Source: an uncultured Actinomycetes bacterium (GTDB lineage: Bacteria; Actinomycetota; Thermoleophilia; UBA2241). From it: a stretch of 64,000 nucleotides of DNA. Shown here one piece after another: positions 1 through 10,192 of this stretch (its first letter is position 1; every line of letters begins with the position of its first letter). Below the pieces are notes generated by a model. The model made no database searches, was not told where the DNA came from, and saw only the letters and a program-made list of their open reading frames with translations. The DNA lies in contig CAVRZA010000008.1 of the NCBI GenBank assembly GCA_963725665.1, positions 197,330-261,329 of the forward strand. Direction: 5' to 3'. Made by a program: the position numbers and the translations under genes.

Positions 1-695
1 GCGTAGGCATCCACCTCGTGGTCGCCACCCAGCGTCCATCGGTCGACGTGATCACGGGCCTTATCAAGACCAACATCCCCTCGCGCATCGCCTTCGCCGT
101 GTCGTCGCAGACCGACTCACGCGTGATCCTCGACACCGGCGGCGCCGAGAGCCTGCTCGGCGACGGCGACATGCTCTTCCACCCCTTCGGCAGCTCGCGC
201 ATGCTGCGCGTGCAGGGCGCCTTCGTCACGCCCGAGGAGATGAAGCTGATCACCGAACACTGGAGGGTCCAGGCCGCGCCCGAGTTCCGCGAGGATCTGC
301 TCGAGGTACCTGGCGACGGCATCGGCGAGGGTGGTCCGGCGGGCAGCGGCGAGGACGAGCTGCTGAGCGAGGCGATCACGACCGTGGTCAACACCGGTGC
401 GGCGTCGGTGGCACTTCTGCAGCGGCGGCTGCGTGTGGGCTATGCCCGCGCGGGACGACTCATCGATGTCATGGAGAGCCGCGGCATCATCTCGGGCTAC
501 GACGGCAGCAAGGCGCGCAACGTGCTGATCAGCGAAGACGAGCTGCCGCGCGTGCTCGCCGCGCTGCGTGGTGAGCCCCTGAGAGCCGAACCCGTCGCGA
601 CGCCGCCGGGCGGCGGCGGTCCGCCGGTCGCGGACGAGCCCGAGCTTGCTGAGGGCGACCAGGAGGTCGACTCCCACCGGGTCCCGCCCGTCTGA
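1..695 (+). CDS. ftsK: DNA translocase FtsK, 3' part (5'-truncated by window)
   Basis: GIHLVVATQRPSVDVITG, RIAFAVSS, GAESLLGDGDML motifs and gamma domain LQRRLRVGYARAGRLID. Confidence 0.96.
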   Translation, partial: VGIHLVVATQRPSVDVITGLIKTNIPSRIAFAVSSQTDSRVILDTGGAESLLGDGDMLFHPFGSSRMLRVQGAFVTPEEMKLITEHWRVQAAPEFREDLLEVPGDGIGEGGPAGSGEDELLSEAITTVVNTGAASVALLQRRLRVGYARAGRLIDVMESRGIISGYDGSKARNVLISEDELPRVLAALRGEPLRAEPVATPPGGGGPPVADEPELAEGDQEVDSHRVPPV

Positions 696-833
696 GAGCC
701 GGGGCGCTTGCTCCTGCCGAAATTGTCTTTGTCGCGGGCGGCCTCTAGACTCTAGGGTTGCGCGTCGGACCGCTTACCGGCCGGCGCGACGGCCCGGTGG
801 GGATCCTAGACGCTCCGGGGGACCAGACCCGAG

Positions 834-1571
834 ATGTTCGAGATCGGCTCGACACTGCGCGAGGCACGCGTGCGCCGCAAGCTCACGCTGCAGCAGGTCG
901 AAGAAGACACCAAGATCCGCGTCAAGTACGTACAGGCGATGGAGAACGAGGACTTCGACGTCATCCCCTCGCCGACGTACGTCAAGGGCTTCCTGCGCAC
1001 CTACACCGAGTACCTCGGCCTAGACCCGCGCATGATCCTCGACGAGTACCACAGCCGTTTCATGCCCAACGAGGAGATCGAACCCTTCTCCGGTTCGTCG
1101 GCCCTCGGGCGGCCGCGGCGTCAGCGGCGGCGATCCAACCTGGCCTTCGTCGCCGTGGCGGCGCTGCTCGTGCTGGCGCTCGTCTGGATCCTCGGGCGTA
1201 CAAGCGGGGAGGAGGGGTCGGGCGCTCCGCCACCCGTCGCCGTCGTGACATCGACGCCGTCACGGTCGGCCAGCCCCAGCGTGCTGCCGACGAAGTCGGT
1301 CGTCCCTTACGAGGGAGCCCAACTCGTCGTCCTCACAGAGAACCCCTGCTGGCTCGAGGTACGCCGCCGAGACGCCACCGGTACAGTGGTCTACCTGGCC
1401 ACACTCCCCGGCGGCGCCAGCAGGCGCTTCCGCGACCGGCAAGCGCTCTACGTGCGCTTCGGCGATCCCGTCGGGGTGCGGGTCAGGGTGAATGGCGGAG
1501 CCGCCAAGGGACTCGACGCGACGGTGGCCGCGAGCTACCTGGTCACCAGAGAGGGGATGACGAGGCTCTGA
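834..1571 (+). CDS. rodZ: RodZ-like HTH membrane protein (HTH + TM + DUF4115-like)
   Basis: IGSTLREAR..TKIRVKYVQAMEN..YVKGFLRTY, one TM segment, position after ftsK. Confidence 0.88.
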   Translation: MFEIGSTLREARVRRKLTLQQVEEDTKIRVKYVQAMENEDFDVIPSPTYVKGFLRTYTEYLGLDPRMILDEYHSRFMPNEEIEPFSGSSALGRPRRQRRRSNLAFVAVAALLVLALVWILGRTSGEEGSGAPPPVAVVTSTPSRSASPSVLPTKSVVPYEGAQLVVLTENPCWLEVRRRDATGTVVYLATLPGGASRRFRDRQALYVRFGDPVGVRVRVNGGAAKGLDATVAASYLVTREGMTRL

Positions 1572-2062
1572 TGGCCAAAGAAAGCTCCTTCGACATCGTC
1601 TCGCAGGTCGACATGAACGAGGTGCGCAACGCCGTGAACCTGGCGCAGAAGGAGCTGCGTCAACGCTACGACTTCAAGGGTAGCGTGAGCTCGGTGGCGC
1701 TCGACGACGAGACACTGGTGCTGGTCTCCGACAACGAGGGCAAGCTGCGCTCCGTCGTCGAGCTCCTGCAAGAGAAGCTCGTGCGTCGCAAGGTGCCGCT
1801 CAAGGCGCTGCAGTACGGCAAGATCGAGGCGGCATTGGGGGGCACCGTGCGCCAGCGCGTGGCCGTGAACCGCGGCATCTCCGACGAGAAGGCGCGCGCC
1901 ATCACCAAGCTCCTGCGGCAGCGCTTCAAGAAGCTCAAGGTGAGCGTGCAGGGCGACGCCGTGCGCGTGTTCTCGTCGAGCAAGGACGAATTGCAGGCTG
2001 TCATCCAGACGCTGCGTGACGAGGACTTCGGTATCCCCCTACAGTTCATCAACTACCGCTAG
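1571..2062 (+). CDS. yajQ: YajQ family nucleotide/c-di-GMP-binding protein
   Basis: ATG overlaps rodZ stop; SFDIVSQVDMNEVRNAVN...IPLQFINYR signature. Confidence 0.93.
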   Translation: MAKESSFDIVSQVDMNEVRNAVNLAQKELRQRYDFKGSVSSVALDDETLVLVSDNEGKLRSVVELLQEKLVRRKVPLKALQYGKIEAALGGTVRQRVAVNRGISDEKARAITKLLRQRFKKLKVSVQGDAVRVFSSSKDELQAVIQTLRDEDFGIPLQFINYR

Positions 2063-2086
2063 GGCGCCGGGGACACGTCTTCGCTC

Positions 2087-3541
2087 GTGGTCCCATCGCG
2101 CGCCAGCCCGCCGCCACCGTCGCGTCCCGCTGGGTTCGCCGTCGTGACGCTCGGTTGTCCGAAGAACGAGGCCGACTCCGACAGCCTCGCCCGCCGACTT
2201 GTGGCGGCCGGCCACCGCGTCGCGCCGCTGGAGCGCGCCGAGGTCGTGGTCGTCAACACCTGCGGCTTCATCGACGCCGCCAAGGAAGAGTCGATAGGGT
2301 CCATCCTCGGAGTCTGCGCAGCCGCCCACGCGCGCGGCGCGCGGGTCGCCGCCGTCGGCTGCCTCGTGGAGCGCCACCGTGCCGAGCTGACCCGCGAGCT
2401 GCCGGAGGTCGACCTCTGGTGCGGTTTCGAGTGGGACCCGCTCGCGCGCCTCCTCGACGAGGTGGCGCGCGAGCGGGTCGCCGACCCTGCACCGCGTAGG
2501 CTACGAACAAGACTCCCGGCCGACTCCGCCAGCGGTGGCGGTGGAGTGCTGCCGGATCCAGTGGAGAGCCTGCAGGAGCCTGCCGGCGGACGTCGCGAGC
2601 CGCGGCCGGTGTCGGCCTACGTAAAGGTCTCCGACGGCTGTGACCGGCGCTGCAGCTTCTGCGCCATCCCGCTGATCAAGGGACGCTACGAGCTGGTGCC
2701 GCCGGCCGCAGTGGTCGCCGCGGCGCGCGCCGCGCTCTCGCGCGGCGCGCGCGAGCTCGTGCTCGTCGGCCAGGACACCTCGCGCTACAGCGTCGCGGGC
2801 TGGGGCGGGCTCGAGCGCCTGCTCGCCGCGCTCGCCGCGCTCGAGCCCGCCCCAGCCTGGCTGCGTCTGCTCTACCTGCAGCCGGAGAACGTCGACGAGC
2901 GTCTGCTCGGCTCGCTCGCGGCGCACGCCGTGCCCTACCTCGACGTCCCCTTCCAGCACGCCTCGAGACGCATCCTGAAGGCGATGGGACGCCAGGGCGA
3001 CGGAGAAGCGCACCTCGCGCTTCTGGAGCGCGCGCGGCTGATCCTGCCGGGTGTCGCCGTGCGCTCGACCTTCATCGCCGGGTTCCCCGGTGAGACCGAG
3101 GCCGACTTCGATGAGCTGCTCGCCTTCGTGCGCGAGGCGGGCCTTGCAGTGGGCGGCGTCTTCGTGTTCGACCCGCAGGAGGGGACGCCCGCCGCCACGC
3201 TGCCCGGGCGGCCGCCGGCTGAGGTGGCGGCCGGCCGCGCCGCCGCCCTGGCCGCGGCGATCGAGCGTGCCGCGGCGCCCTTCTGGGAGGCCCAGGTGGG
3301 CCGCCGCGTCGAGGTGCTCGTCGAGCGCGGCTGCCGCGCCGGGGGAGAGGCGCTGGGGCGCGTCGCGGCGCAGGCGCCCGACATCGACGGGCGTACATAT
3401 GTGAGCGGCGGTCGCATGCGCCGCGGGGACCTCGTCGAAGCCATGGTCACGCAGACGCTCGGCTTCGATCTCGCCGCCGCGGCAGCGCCCCGGGCGACTG
3501 CCGGCGTGGCCGCGGTCCGGCGACTCAAGGAGAGCCGGTGA
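2087..3541 (+). CDS. rimO: Ribosomal protein S12 methylthiotransferase RimO
   Basis: LGCPKNEADS, VNTCGFIDAAKEESI, CDRRCSFC radical SAM motif, APDIDG TRAM region. Confidence 0.92.
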   Translation: MVPSRASPPPPSRPAGFAVVTLGCPKNEADSDSLARRLVAAGHRVAPLERAEVVVVNTCGFIDAAKEESIGSILGVCAAAHARGARVAAVGCLVERHRAELTRELPEVDLWCGFEWDPLARLLDEVARERVADPAPRRLRTRLPADSASGGGGVLPDPVESLQEPAGGRREPRPVSAYVKVSDGCDRRCSFCAIPLIKGRYELVPPAAVVAAARAALSRGARELVLVGQDTSRYSVAGWGGLERLLAALAALEPAPAWLRLLYLQPENVDERLLGSLAAHAVPYLDVPFQHASRRILKAMGRQGDGEAHLALLERARLILPGVAVRSTFIAGFPGETEADFDELLAFVREAGLAVGGVFVFDPQEGTPAATLPGRPPAEVAAGRAAALAAAIERAAAPFWEAQVGRRVEVLVERGCRAGGEALGRVAAQAPDIDGRTYVSGGRMRRGDLVEAMVTQTLGFDLAAAAAPRATAGVAAVRRLKESR

Positions 3542-3870
3542 AGCGCGCGCGCCTGCGCCGCGAGAAGAAGACCATCGCCGCGATGGTCGCGATCTACTGC
3601 GAGGACCACCACGGCGGGACGCCGTATTGCGACGACTGCCGTGAGCTCCTCGACTTCGCCCTAGCGCGCCTCGACCGTTGCCGTTTCGGCGAAGACAAGC
3701 CCGTCTGCGCGCAGTGCACGGTGCACTGCTACAAACCGGCGATGCGCGAGCGGGTGCGCGAGGTGATGCGCTACGCCGGTCCGCGCATGACGCTACGCCA
3801 CCCGGTGCTCGCGGCGGCGCACCTGGTAGAGAGCCGCAAGGGCCGCGCCCAGGGCCCGGGCTCCGGGTAA
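3538..3870 (+). CDS. YgbA / nitrous-oxide-stimulated promoter family Cys-rich protein
   Basis: REKKTIAAMVAIYC..C..C..KPVCAQCTVHCYKP..VMRYAGPRM..HP. Confidence 0.85.
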   Translation: MKRARLRREKKTIAAMVAIYCEDHHGGTPYCDDCRELLDFALARLDRCRFGEDKPVCAQCTVHCYKPAMRERVREVMRYAGPRMTLRHPVLAAAHLVESRKGRAQGPGSG

Positions 3871-3886
3871 GGGTAGAATCCCTTCC

Positions 3887-4444
3887 GTGATCAACGCCGC
3901 CAACACCATCACCCTCGCGCGCATCCTCCTCGTGCCCGTCTTCGTGGTGCTCCTCTTCGTGAACATCCCGCACGGGGACATCCTCGCCATCGCCGTCTTC
4001 TCGTTGGCGGCGGCCACAGACAAGCTCGACGGCTACTTGGCTCGCTCGCGCAACTCCGTGACCGTGTTTGGACAGTTCCTCGACCCGCTGGCCGACAAGC
4101 TGCTGATCTCGGCGGCGCTCATCTCCCTTGTCGCCCTCGACCGCCTGCCAGCTTGGGTGGCCATGGTGATCATCGCCCGCGAGATGGCCGTCAGCGGCCT
4201 GCGTATCGCCGCCATCGCCCAAGGCGTGAGCATCCCCGCCGACACGCTGGGCAAGTGGAAGACGACGGCGCAGATCGTCATGGTCCTCGTGCTGCTCTTC
4301 CCGCAGCTGAGCGACCAGCCCGGCCGCAGCGTGCTCGAGAGCGTGCTCATCTGGGTCGCCGTCATCCTCACCGTCGTCTCCGGGGTGCAGTACTTCGCCA
4401 ACGCGCGCAACCGGTTGCACGTCCCCTGGAGCCAGCCACGCTAG
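3887..4444 (+). CDS. pgsA: CDP-diacylglycerol--glycerol-3-phosphate 3-phosphatidyltransferase
   Basis: DKLDGYLAR..FGQFLDPLADK motif; GKWKTTAQ. Confidence 0.93.
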   Translation: MINAANTITLARILLVPVFVVLLFVNIPHGDILAIAVFSLAAATDKLDGYLARSRNSVTVFGQFLDPLADKLLISAALISLVALDRLPAWVAMVIIAREMAVSGLRIAAIAQGVSIPADTLGKWKTTAQIVMVLVLLFPQLSDQPGRSVLESVLIWVAVILTVVSGVQYFANARNRLHVPWSQPR

Positions 4445-5684
4445 CGCGCCCTCTGGCAGCCATCCTCCTCAGCGGCAGCGAGCTGCTCGACGGGCGCCTG
4501 CGCGACCGCAACGGGCCCTATTTCGCCGCCTCGCTGGCCGCGCGCGGGGCGCGCGTCTCGCACCTTCTGGCGGCTCCTGACGACCTCGACACCCTCGTCG
4601 ACGACCTGCGTTTTCTGCTCGCCGGCGAGCCCGACGTGCTCGTCGTGAGCGGCGGTTTGGGCACGACGCACGATGACCTCACGAGCGAGGCAGTGGCACG
4701 CGCGCTGGGCCGAGACCTCGTCGAGGACCCCGACGCGCGCAGTATGGTCGAGGACCGCCTCGCCGACGTCGCCCGCCGCCGTGGCATCGACTCGCGGCCG
4801 CTGCTCGAGCAGGCTCTCAAGCAGGCGCGGCTGCCCGAGGGCAGCCGCGCCCTGGCGCCGGGCGGCGTGGCGCCCGGTTTCGCCCTACGCGAGGGCGCCA
4901 CGCGCCTCTTCGCGCTGCCCGGGCCGCCCACCGAGCTCGAGCTCATGTGGCCGCCGGTCCTCGACGAGCTCGAGGCCGAGGGGCTCTTTCCGTCCGTCGT
5001 GGCGCGTATCGTGCGCATCTACGGCTTCAGCGAGATGCAGCTCGTGCCGCTCCTCGAGAGCCGTCTGCACGAGCTGCTCGAAGTCGCCGTGACGGCGAGC
5101 GACGGCGAGCTCACCGTGGTGCTGCGCTACGAGTTCTCCGCGGCGAGGCAGACACAGGCCGATGCGCTCGTGCTGGCTCTCGAAGCGGGGGCTCCGGTCT
5201 TCTCGACCGACGGCCGCACCGTCGACGAGCTCGTCGCCGACGAGCTGCGCGCCGCACGAGCGACGGTGAGCGTCGCCGAGTCGTGCACGGGGGGCTGCTC
5301 GGCGGCCGTCTCACCGAGCGGCCGGGCAGCTCCGACTATGTGCAGGGAGGCGTGATCAGCTACGCGAACCAAGTCAAGGAGGGGGTCCTGGGTGTACCGG
5401 CGACGCTGCTGCGCGACGTGGGCGCGGTCTGTCCCGAGGTGGCGCGTGCGATGGCCGACGGCGTCAAGCGGCTCATAGGCAGTACCTACGCGCTCGCCGT
5501 CACCGGGGTCGCCGGACCGGCCGGCGGCTCTCCCGACAAGCCGGTCGGGCTCGTCTATCACGCCTGTGCCGGCCCGCAGGGCACGTCCGTGCGCCGCGAG
5601 CTCTTCCTGGGCAATCGCGAGGCGGTGCGGCGACGAGCCGTCGTCGCTGCGCTACACCATCTCCGGGAGGCGCTCGAGGCATGA
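4441..5684 (+). CDS. cinA: CinA / NMN deamidase-related protein; frameshift in G run ~5290, start codon unclear
   Basis: [26 protein letters not shown], continuing in another frame [21 protein letters not shown]. Confidence 0.88.
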
Positions 5685-6235
5685 CCCGGCCGGTAGCTGA
5701 ACCGCTGGTGCGGCTCTTCGTGGCCGCCGACCTGCCGCCCGAGGTCCTCGAGGCTATCGCAGAGTGGCAGCGAGCCCAGATCGGCTCGCACGCAGAGCTT
5801 CGCCTCACGCGTACGCTGCATCTCACCCTCTGCTTCCTCGGCAGCGTCCCGGCGTCGCGCAGCGACGACATCGTCGCGGCACTCGGTGCTGTGCAGCTGC
5901 CGCCGCTGCCGACGGGGCTGGGTGAGGTGCTCTTCCTTCCCGAACGAGGCCGAAAGCGCGTCGTAGCACTGCGTCTTCACGACCTCGGCGAGGCCATCGT
6001 CGCCACGCAACGCGAGCTTTCGCAGGCGCTGACCGCGATCAAGGTCTACAAGCCCGAGAGGCGAGCCTACCTGCCGCACGTGACGGTCGCCCGCTATCGC
6101 CGGCCGGGATTCGAACTCTCCCTGCAAAACGTCAACTTCCTGGAGTTTGGACTGCCCCAGGTAACGCTGTATGATTCGGTCCTGGCGAGGGGCGGAGCGG
6201 TGCACACTCCTCTCGCCTCGTTCCCCGCCGGTTAG
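5681..6235 (+). CDS. thpR: RNA 2',3'-cyclic phosphodiesterase (2H family)
   Basis: RLFVA, HLTL and PHVT (two HxT motifs); between cinA and recA. Confidence 0.9.
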   Translation: MTRPVAEPLVRLFVAADLPPEVLEAIAEWQRAQIGSHAELRLTRTLHLTLCFLGSVPASRSDDIVAALGAVQLPPLPTGLGEVLFLPERGRKRVVALRLHDLGEAIVATQRELSQALTAIKVYKPERRAYLPHVTVARYRRPGFELSLQNVNFLEFGLPQVTLYDSVLARGGAVHTPLASFPAG

Positions 6236-6252
6236 CCAGAGAGGAGTCCTCG

Positions 6253-7398
6253 GTGGACAAAGAGAAGGCTCTCGACGCCGCCGTCACCCAGATCGAACGC
6301 CACTTCGGCAAAGGCAGCATCATGCGCATGGGCGACCATCCCAGCGGGGTCGACGTGGGCGTGGTCCCCACAGGCTCGCTGGCGCTCGACATCGCCCTCG
6401 GGGTGGGTGGTATCCCACGCGGCCGCATCGTCGAGATCTACGGGCCGGAGGCGTCGGGCAAGACGACCCTCGTCTATCACATCATCGCCGAAGCCCAGAA
6501 GCTTGGCGGCCAGTGTGCCTTCATCGACGCCGAGCACTCGATGGACCCGATCTACGCCAAGGCGATCGGGGTCGATGTCGACGACCTGCTGGTCTCGCAG
6601 CCAGACTACGGCGAGCAGGCGCTCGAGATCGCCGAGATGCTGGTTCGCAGCGGCGCCCTCGACGTGGTGGCCATCGACTCGGTCGCGGCGCTCACCCCGC
6701 GCGCCGAGATCGAGGGCGAGATGGGCGACAGCTTCGTCGGTCTGCAGGCGCGCCTCATGAGCCAGGCTCTGCGCAAGCTCGCCGGCACGCTCAGCAAGTC
6801 GGGCACTATCGCCGTGTTCACCAACCAGCTGCGCGAGAAGATCGGCGTCATGTTCGGCAATCCCGAGACGACCACCGGCGGCAAGGCGCTCAAGTTCTAC
6901 GCCACCATCAGGCTCGACATCCGCCGTATCGAGACCCTCAAGGACGGCGCCGAGGCGATCGGCAACCGCGTGCGCGTCAAGGTGGTCAAGAACAAGGTCG
7001 CGCCGCCGTTCAAGCAAGCCGAGTTCGACATCATGTACGGCGAGGGAACCTCGCGTGAGGGGACCCTCCTCGACCTCGGCGTGACCAGCGAGGTCGTGCA
7101 GAAGAGCGGCGCCTTCTTCAGCTTCAACGACGAGCGCCTGGGGCAGGGGCGCAACAACGCCCGCCAGTTCCTCAAGGAGAACCGCGACATCGCCGACGCC
7201 ATCGAGGTCCGTATCCGCGAGAAGGCAGGACTCGCGCCGGTCCCCGAGCGCGCAGGGTCGTCGCCCAGCGGGGCCGCTGCTGCCGCCGGTCGCGGCAAAG
7301 CCGCGACCGGCGGCGACTCGCCGGCAGCGGCTGCGGTGGGCCGTGAGGCGGGCGTCACCGCAAACGCCACCGACGACGCGAGCGCCGACGACCGCTAG
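6253..7398 (+). CDS. recA: Recombinase RecA with Ala-rich C-terminal tail
   Basis: [26 protein letters not shown]-type motif, KNKVAPPFK. Confidence 0.99.
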   Translation: MDKEKALDAAVTQIERHFGKGSIMRMGDHPSGVDVGVVPTGSLALDIALGVGGIPRGRIVEIYGPEASGKTTLVYHIIAEAQKLGGQCAFIDAEHSMDPIYAKAIGVDVDDLLVSQPDYGEQALEIAEMLVRSGALDVVAIDSVAALTPRAEIEGEMGDSFVGLQARLMSQALRKLAGTLSKSGTIAVFTNQLREKIGVMFGNPETTTGGKALKFYATIRLDIRRIETLKDGAEAIGNRVRVKVVKNKVAPPFKQAEFDIMYGEGTSREGTLLDLGVTSEVVQKSGAFFSFNDERLGQGRNNARQFLKENRDIADAIEVRIREKAGLAPVPERAGSSPSGAAAAAGRGKAATGGDSPAAAAVGREAGVTANATDDASADDR

Positions 7399-7456
7399 CC
7401 GGCCGCGCGCGCCAGCACGAACGCCGGCCCGCGGCCGAGGCGGGGAGGAGGCCGAA

Positions 7457-8179
7457 GTGCCGTCGGTGACCGCGCTGCGAGCGACGAAGCGCGGGCGCAT
7501 CGCGCTTCACATCGACGGCGAGTTTGCGTGCACCGTCACCGAAGCGCTGGTCGCGCGCCACCACCTCTTCGCCGGCAAGGAGCTCAGCGCGACCGAGGTC
7601 GAGGCGCTGCGCGCCGAGGCCTCGGTCGCGCGCGCGCTCGCCGACGCGTACCGCCTCTTGGGTCATCGCCCGCGCTCCCAGGCCGAGCTGCGCCGCCGCC
7701 TGCTCGACAAGGGCCACAGCGAGCGCGAGGTCGCGCAGGCCCTCGATCGCCTGGCTACGGACGGGTTCCTCGACGACGCCGCCTTCGCGCGCGCCTTCGC
7801 CGCCGACAAGCGCCGCCTTTCAGGCTGGGGCAGCGAGCGCATCGCGCGCGCCCTGGCTGAGGCCGGGGTCGCCGCCGAGGCCGTCCGGGTGGCGCTTGCA
7901 GCGACGGCGGCCGAGGGCGCAGTAGGCGCGACCGCCGGCGGCGGCGCGCAAGGCAGCGACCGCGGTGAACACCACGACGACGAACCCGACCCCGACGAAG
8001 CCGAGCTGGCGCGGGCCCTGGCCGCTCTCGGGCGGCGCGGCAGAGCCGCGCCGCCGCTCGACGCTGCCCGGGCCCGCGCCTTTCAGTTCTTGCGCCGCCG
8101 CGGCTACGCCACCCACGTAGCCTACGAGGCCGTGCGCCGCTGGTCGGCGAACGTCTCCGAGCCCGAGCGCGACGACTGA
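7457..8179 (+). CDS. recX: Regulatory protein RecX
   Basis: GGAGGAG RBS + GTG; RPRSQAELRRRL, GFLDDAAFAR, FLRRRGY; follows recA. Confidence 0.88.
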   Translation: MPSVTALRATKRGRIALHIDGEFACTVTEALVARHHLFAGKELSATEVEALRAEASVARALADAYRLLGHRPRSQAELRRRLLDKGHSEREVAQALDRLATDGFLDDAAFARAFAADKRRLSGWGSERIARALAEAGVAAEAVRVALAATAAEGAVGATAGGGAQGSDRGEHHDDEPDPDEAELARALAALGRRGRAAPPLDAARARAFQFLRRRGYATHVAYEAVRRWSANVSEPERDD

Positions 8180-8258
8180 CCGCATCGGCGACGCGCCACC
8201 GCCGGGGCAGGCCTGACCATGCGGGCACGGCGCGCCGGCCGTTGCGCCGTGTCGCCGT

Positions 8259-8288
8259 TTGACACTCCGTCTCGGGCGTCACTACAAT
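8259..8288 (+). promoter_or_regulatory. Near-consensus sigma70-type promoter
   Basis: TTGACA-N18-TACAAT upstream of rny leader. Confidence 0.8.
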
Positions 8289-8508
8289 GAATCCTGAGCA
8301 ACTCGCTCCTGGATTTGTGACTCAAGTCATTGGCACTTGCAGGGTGATGCACTCCGGCGCCGCAGTTGAGCGCCGGTCTGTCGAAACGGTGAGCACGACG
8401 GCCATCTCGAGCTAGCAGGCAACGACCTTCGCGACACCCCTACGGGGCGACCCTCGCGTCGCCTAACGACAGAAGCAGAGACCTCGCAGGCGGCCGTACG
8501 TGGCACAG

Positions 8509-8538
8509 AGCCGGGCAGTTGCCCGGCTTTTCTCATTT
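8509..8538 (+). terminator. Intrinsic terminator-like hairpin within the rny leader
   Basis: AGCCGGGC-AGTT-GCCCGGCT followed by TTTCTCATTT. Confidence 0.6.
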
Positions 8539-8554
8539 CGGGCAAGGGGAAGAA

Positions 8555-10087
8555 ATGACGACAGTACTGTTGATCGTGGTGACGATCGTCGCCGTCGTCC
8601 TGGCCGCTCTGCTGGTCCGCCGTTACCTCGGCGACGCCAAATCAGCCGCGGCGCACCAGGAGGCGGAGAGGGTCGTCGGCGACGCGCGCCGGGAGGCCGA
8701 CGCGATCCTCAAGGAGGCCAACCTCGAGGCCAAGGAGCAGGTTCATCGCGTCCGCCAGGAGGTCGAGGAGGAGCTTGCCGACCGGCGCAACGAGGTCGCC
8801 AAGTCCGAGCAGCGCATCACGCAGCGCGAGGAGCTCATCGAGCAGCGCGCCGCCGAGCTGGAGCGGCGCGAGCAATCGCTGGTCGACCGCGAGGCCGACA
8901 ACCTGAGGCTCAACGAAGAGTTGAAGGACGTCGTCGCCGAGCAGCGCGCGACCCTGGAGCGCATCGCCGGTATCACGGCCGTGCAGGCCAAGGAGATGCT
9001 CCTCAAGCAGGCCGAGGACGAGTCCCGCCACGAGATGGCGAAGATGGTGCGTCAGATCGAGGAGGAGACACGGCGCGAGGCCGACCGGCGGGCGCGCAAC
9101 ATACTCTCGCTGTCGATCCAGCGCACCGCGGCCAACCACGTCGCCGAGACGACCGTCTCGGTCGTCAACCTGCCCTCGGACGACATGAAGGGGCGCATCA
9201 TCGGCCGCGAGGGGCGTAACATCCGCGCCCTCGAGGGCCTGACCGGCATCGATTTCATCATCGACGACACGCCCGAGGCCGTCGTGCTGTCGGGCTTTGA
9301 CGGCGTGCGTCGCGAGACGGCCCGGCTGACGCTCACCAAGCTGCTCGCCGACGGCCGCATCCACCCGGCGCGCATCGAGGAGATGTACGGGCAGGCGAGA
9401 GCTGAGGTCGAGGCCACCATCGAGGAGGCGGGCGAGCAGGCCTGCTTCGATACCGACGTGCACGGCTTGGCGCCTGAGCTGGTCAAGCTCCTCGGGCGGC
9501 TCAAGTTCCGGACCAGCTACGGCCAGAACGTGCTCAACCACTCCATCGAGGTGGCCCACCTCGCCGGCATCATGGCCTCCGAGCTGGGCGCCAACCCGAA
9601 GATCGCCCGCCGCGCCGGCCTGCTGCACGACCTCGGCAAGGCAGTCGACCACGAGGTCGATGGCTCGCATGGGCAGATCTCCGCGCAGCTCGCCAAGAAG
9701 TACCGCGAGTCGCAGAGCGTCATTCACGCCATCGAGGCCCACCACCAGGACGTCGAGCCGCAGACGATCGAGGCGGTGCTGGTGCAGGCCGCCGACGCCA
9801 TCTCCGCGGCGCGCCCGGGAGCCCGGCGCGAGACACTCGAGAACTACATCAAGCGGCTCGAGTCGCTCGAGAAGATCGCCGAGGGCAAGAAGGGCGTCGA
9901 GAAGTGCTACGCCATGCAGGCGGGACGCGAGGTGCGCGTCATGGTCAAGCCGGCCGAGATCGACGACGACGAGGCCGTGCTGCTCTCCAAGGAGATCGCC
10001 AGGGAGATCGAGGACCAGCTCGATTACCCGGGCCAGATCAGGGTGACGGTGATCCGCGAGAGCCGCGCCGTGGAGTACGCCAAGTAG
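8555..10087 (+). CDS. rny: Ribonuclease Y
   Basis: N-terminal TM, coiled coil, KH ([13 protein letters not shown]), HD (LLHDLGK), [12 protein letters not shown] end. Confidence 0.98.
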   Translation: MTTVLLIVVTIVAVVLAALLVRRYLGDAKSAAAHQEAERVVGDARREADAILKEANLEAKEQVHRVRQEVEEELADRRNEVAKSEQRITQREELIEQRAAELERREQSLVDREADNLRLNEELKDVVAEQRATLERIAGITAVQAKEMLLKQAEDESRHEMAKMVRQIEEETRREADRRARNILSLSIQRTAANHVAETTVSVVNLPSDDMKGRIIGREGRNIRALEGLTGIDFIIDDTPEAVVLSGFDGVRRETARLTLTKLLADGRIHPARIEEMYGQARAEVEATIEEAGEQACFDTDVHGLAPELVKLLGRLKFRTSYGQNVLNHSIEVAHLAGIMASELGANPKIARRAGLLHDLGKAVDHEVDGSHGQISAQLAKKYRESQSVIHAIEAHHQDVEPQTIEAVLVQAADAISAARPGARRETLENYIKRLESLEKIAEGKKGVEKCYAMQAGREVRVMVKPAEIDDDEAVLLSKEIAREIEDQLDYPGQIRVTVIRESRAVEYAK

Positions 10088-10192
10088 GATGAATACGCCC
10101 CTGGCGGCGGGCGGTGCCGCTCGTCCGGCGCCGCCCGCCACCGAGGATCCCCGCGACCGCTTGGCGCCGCTGCCGGCGGTCGCGAGACGACC

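Noticed and set aside
5281-5300. Programmed frameshift or phase variation in cinA
   Set aside because: Short G run in a sequence with many similar indels; sequencing error is the simpler explanation.
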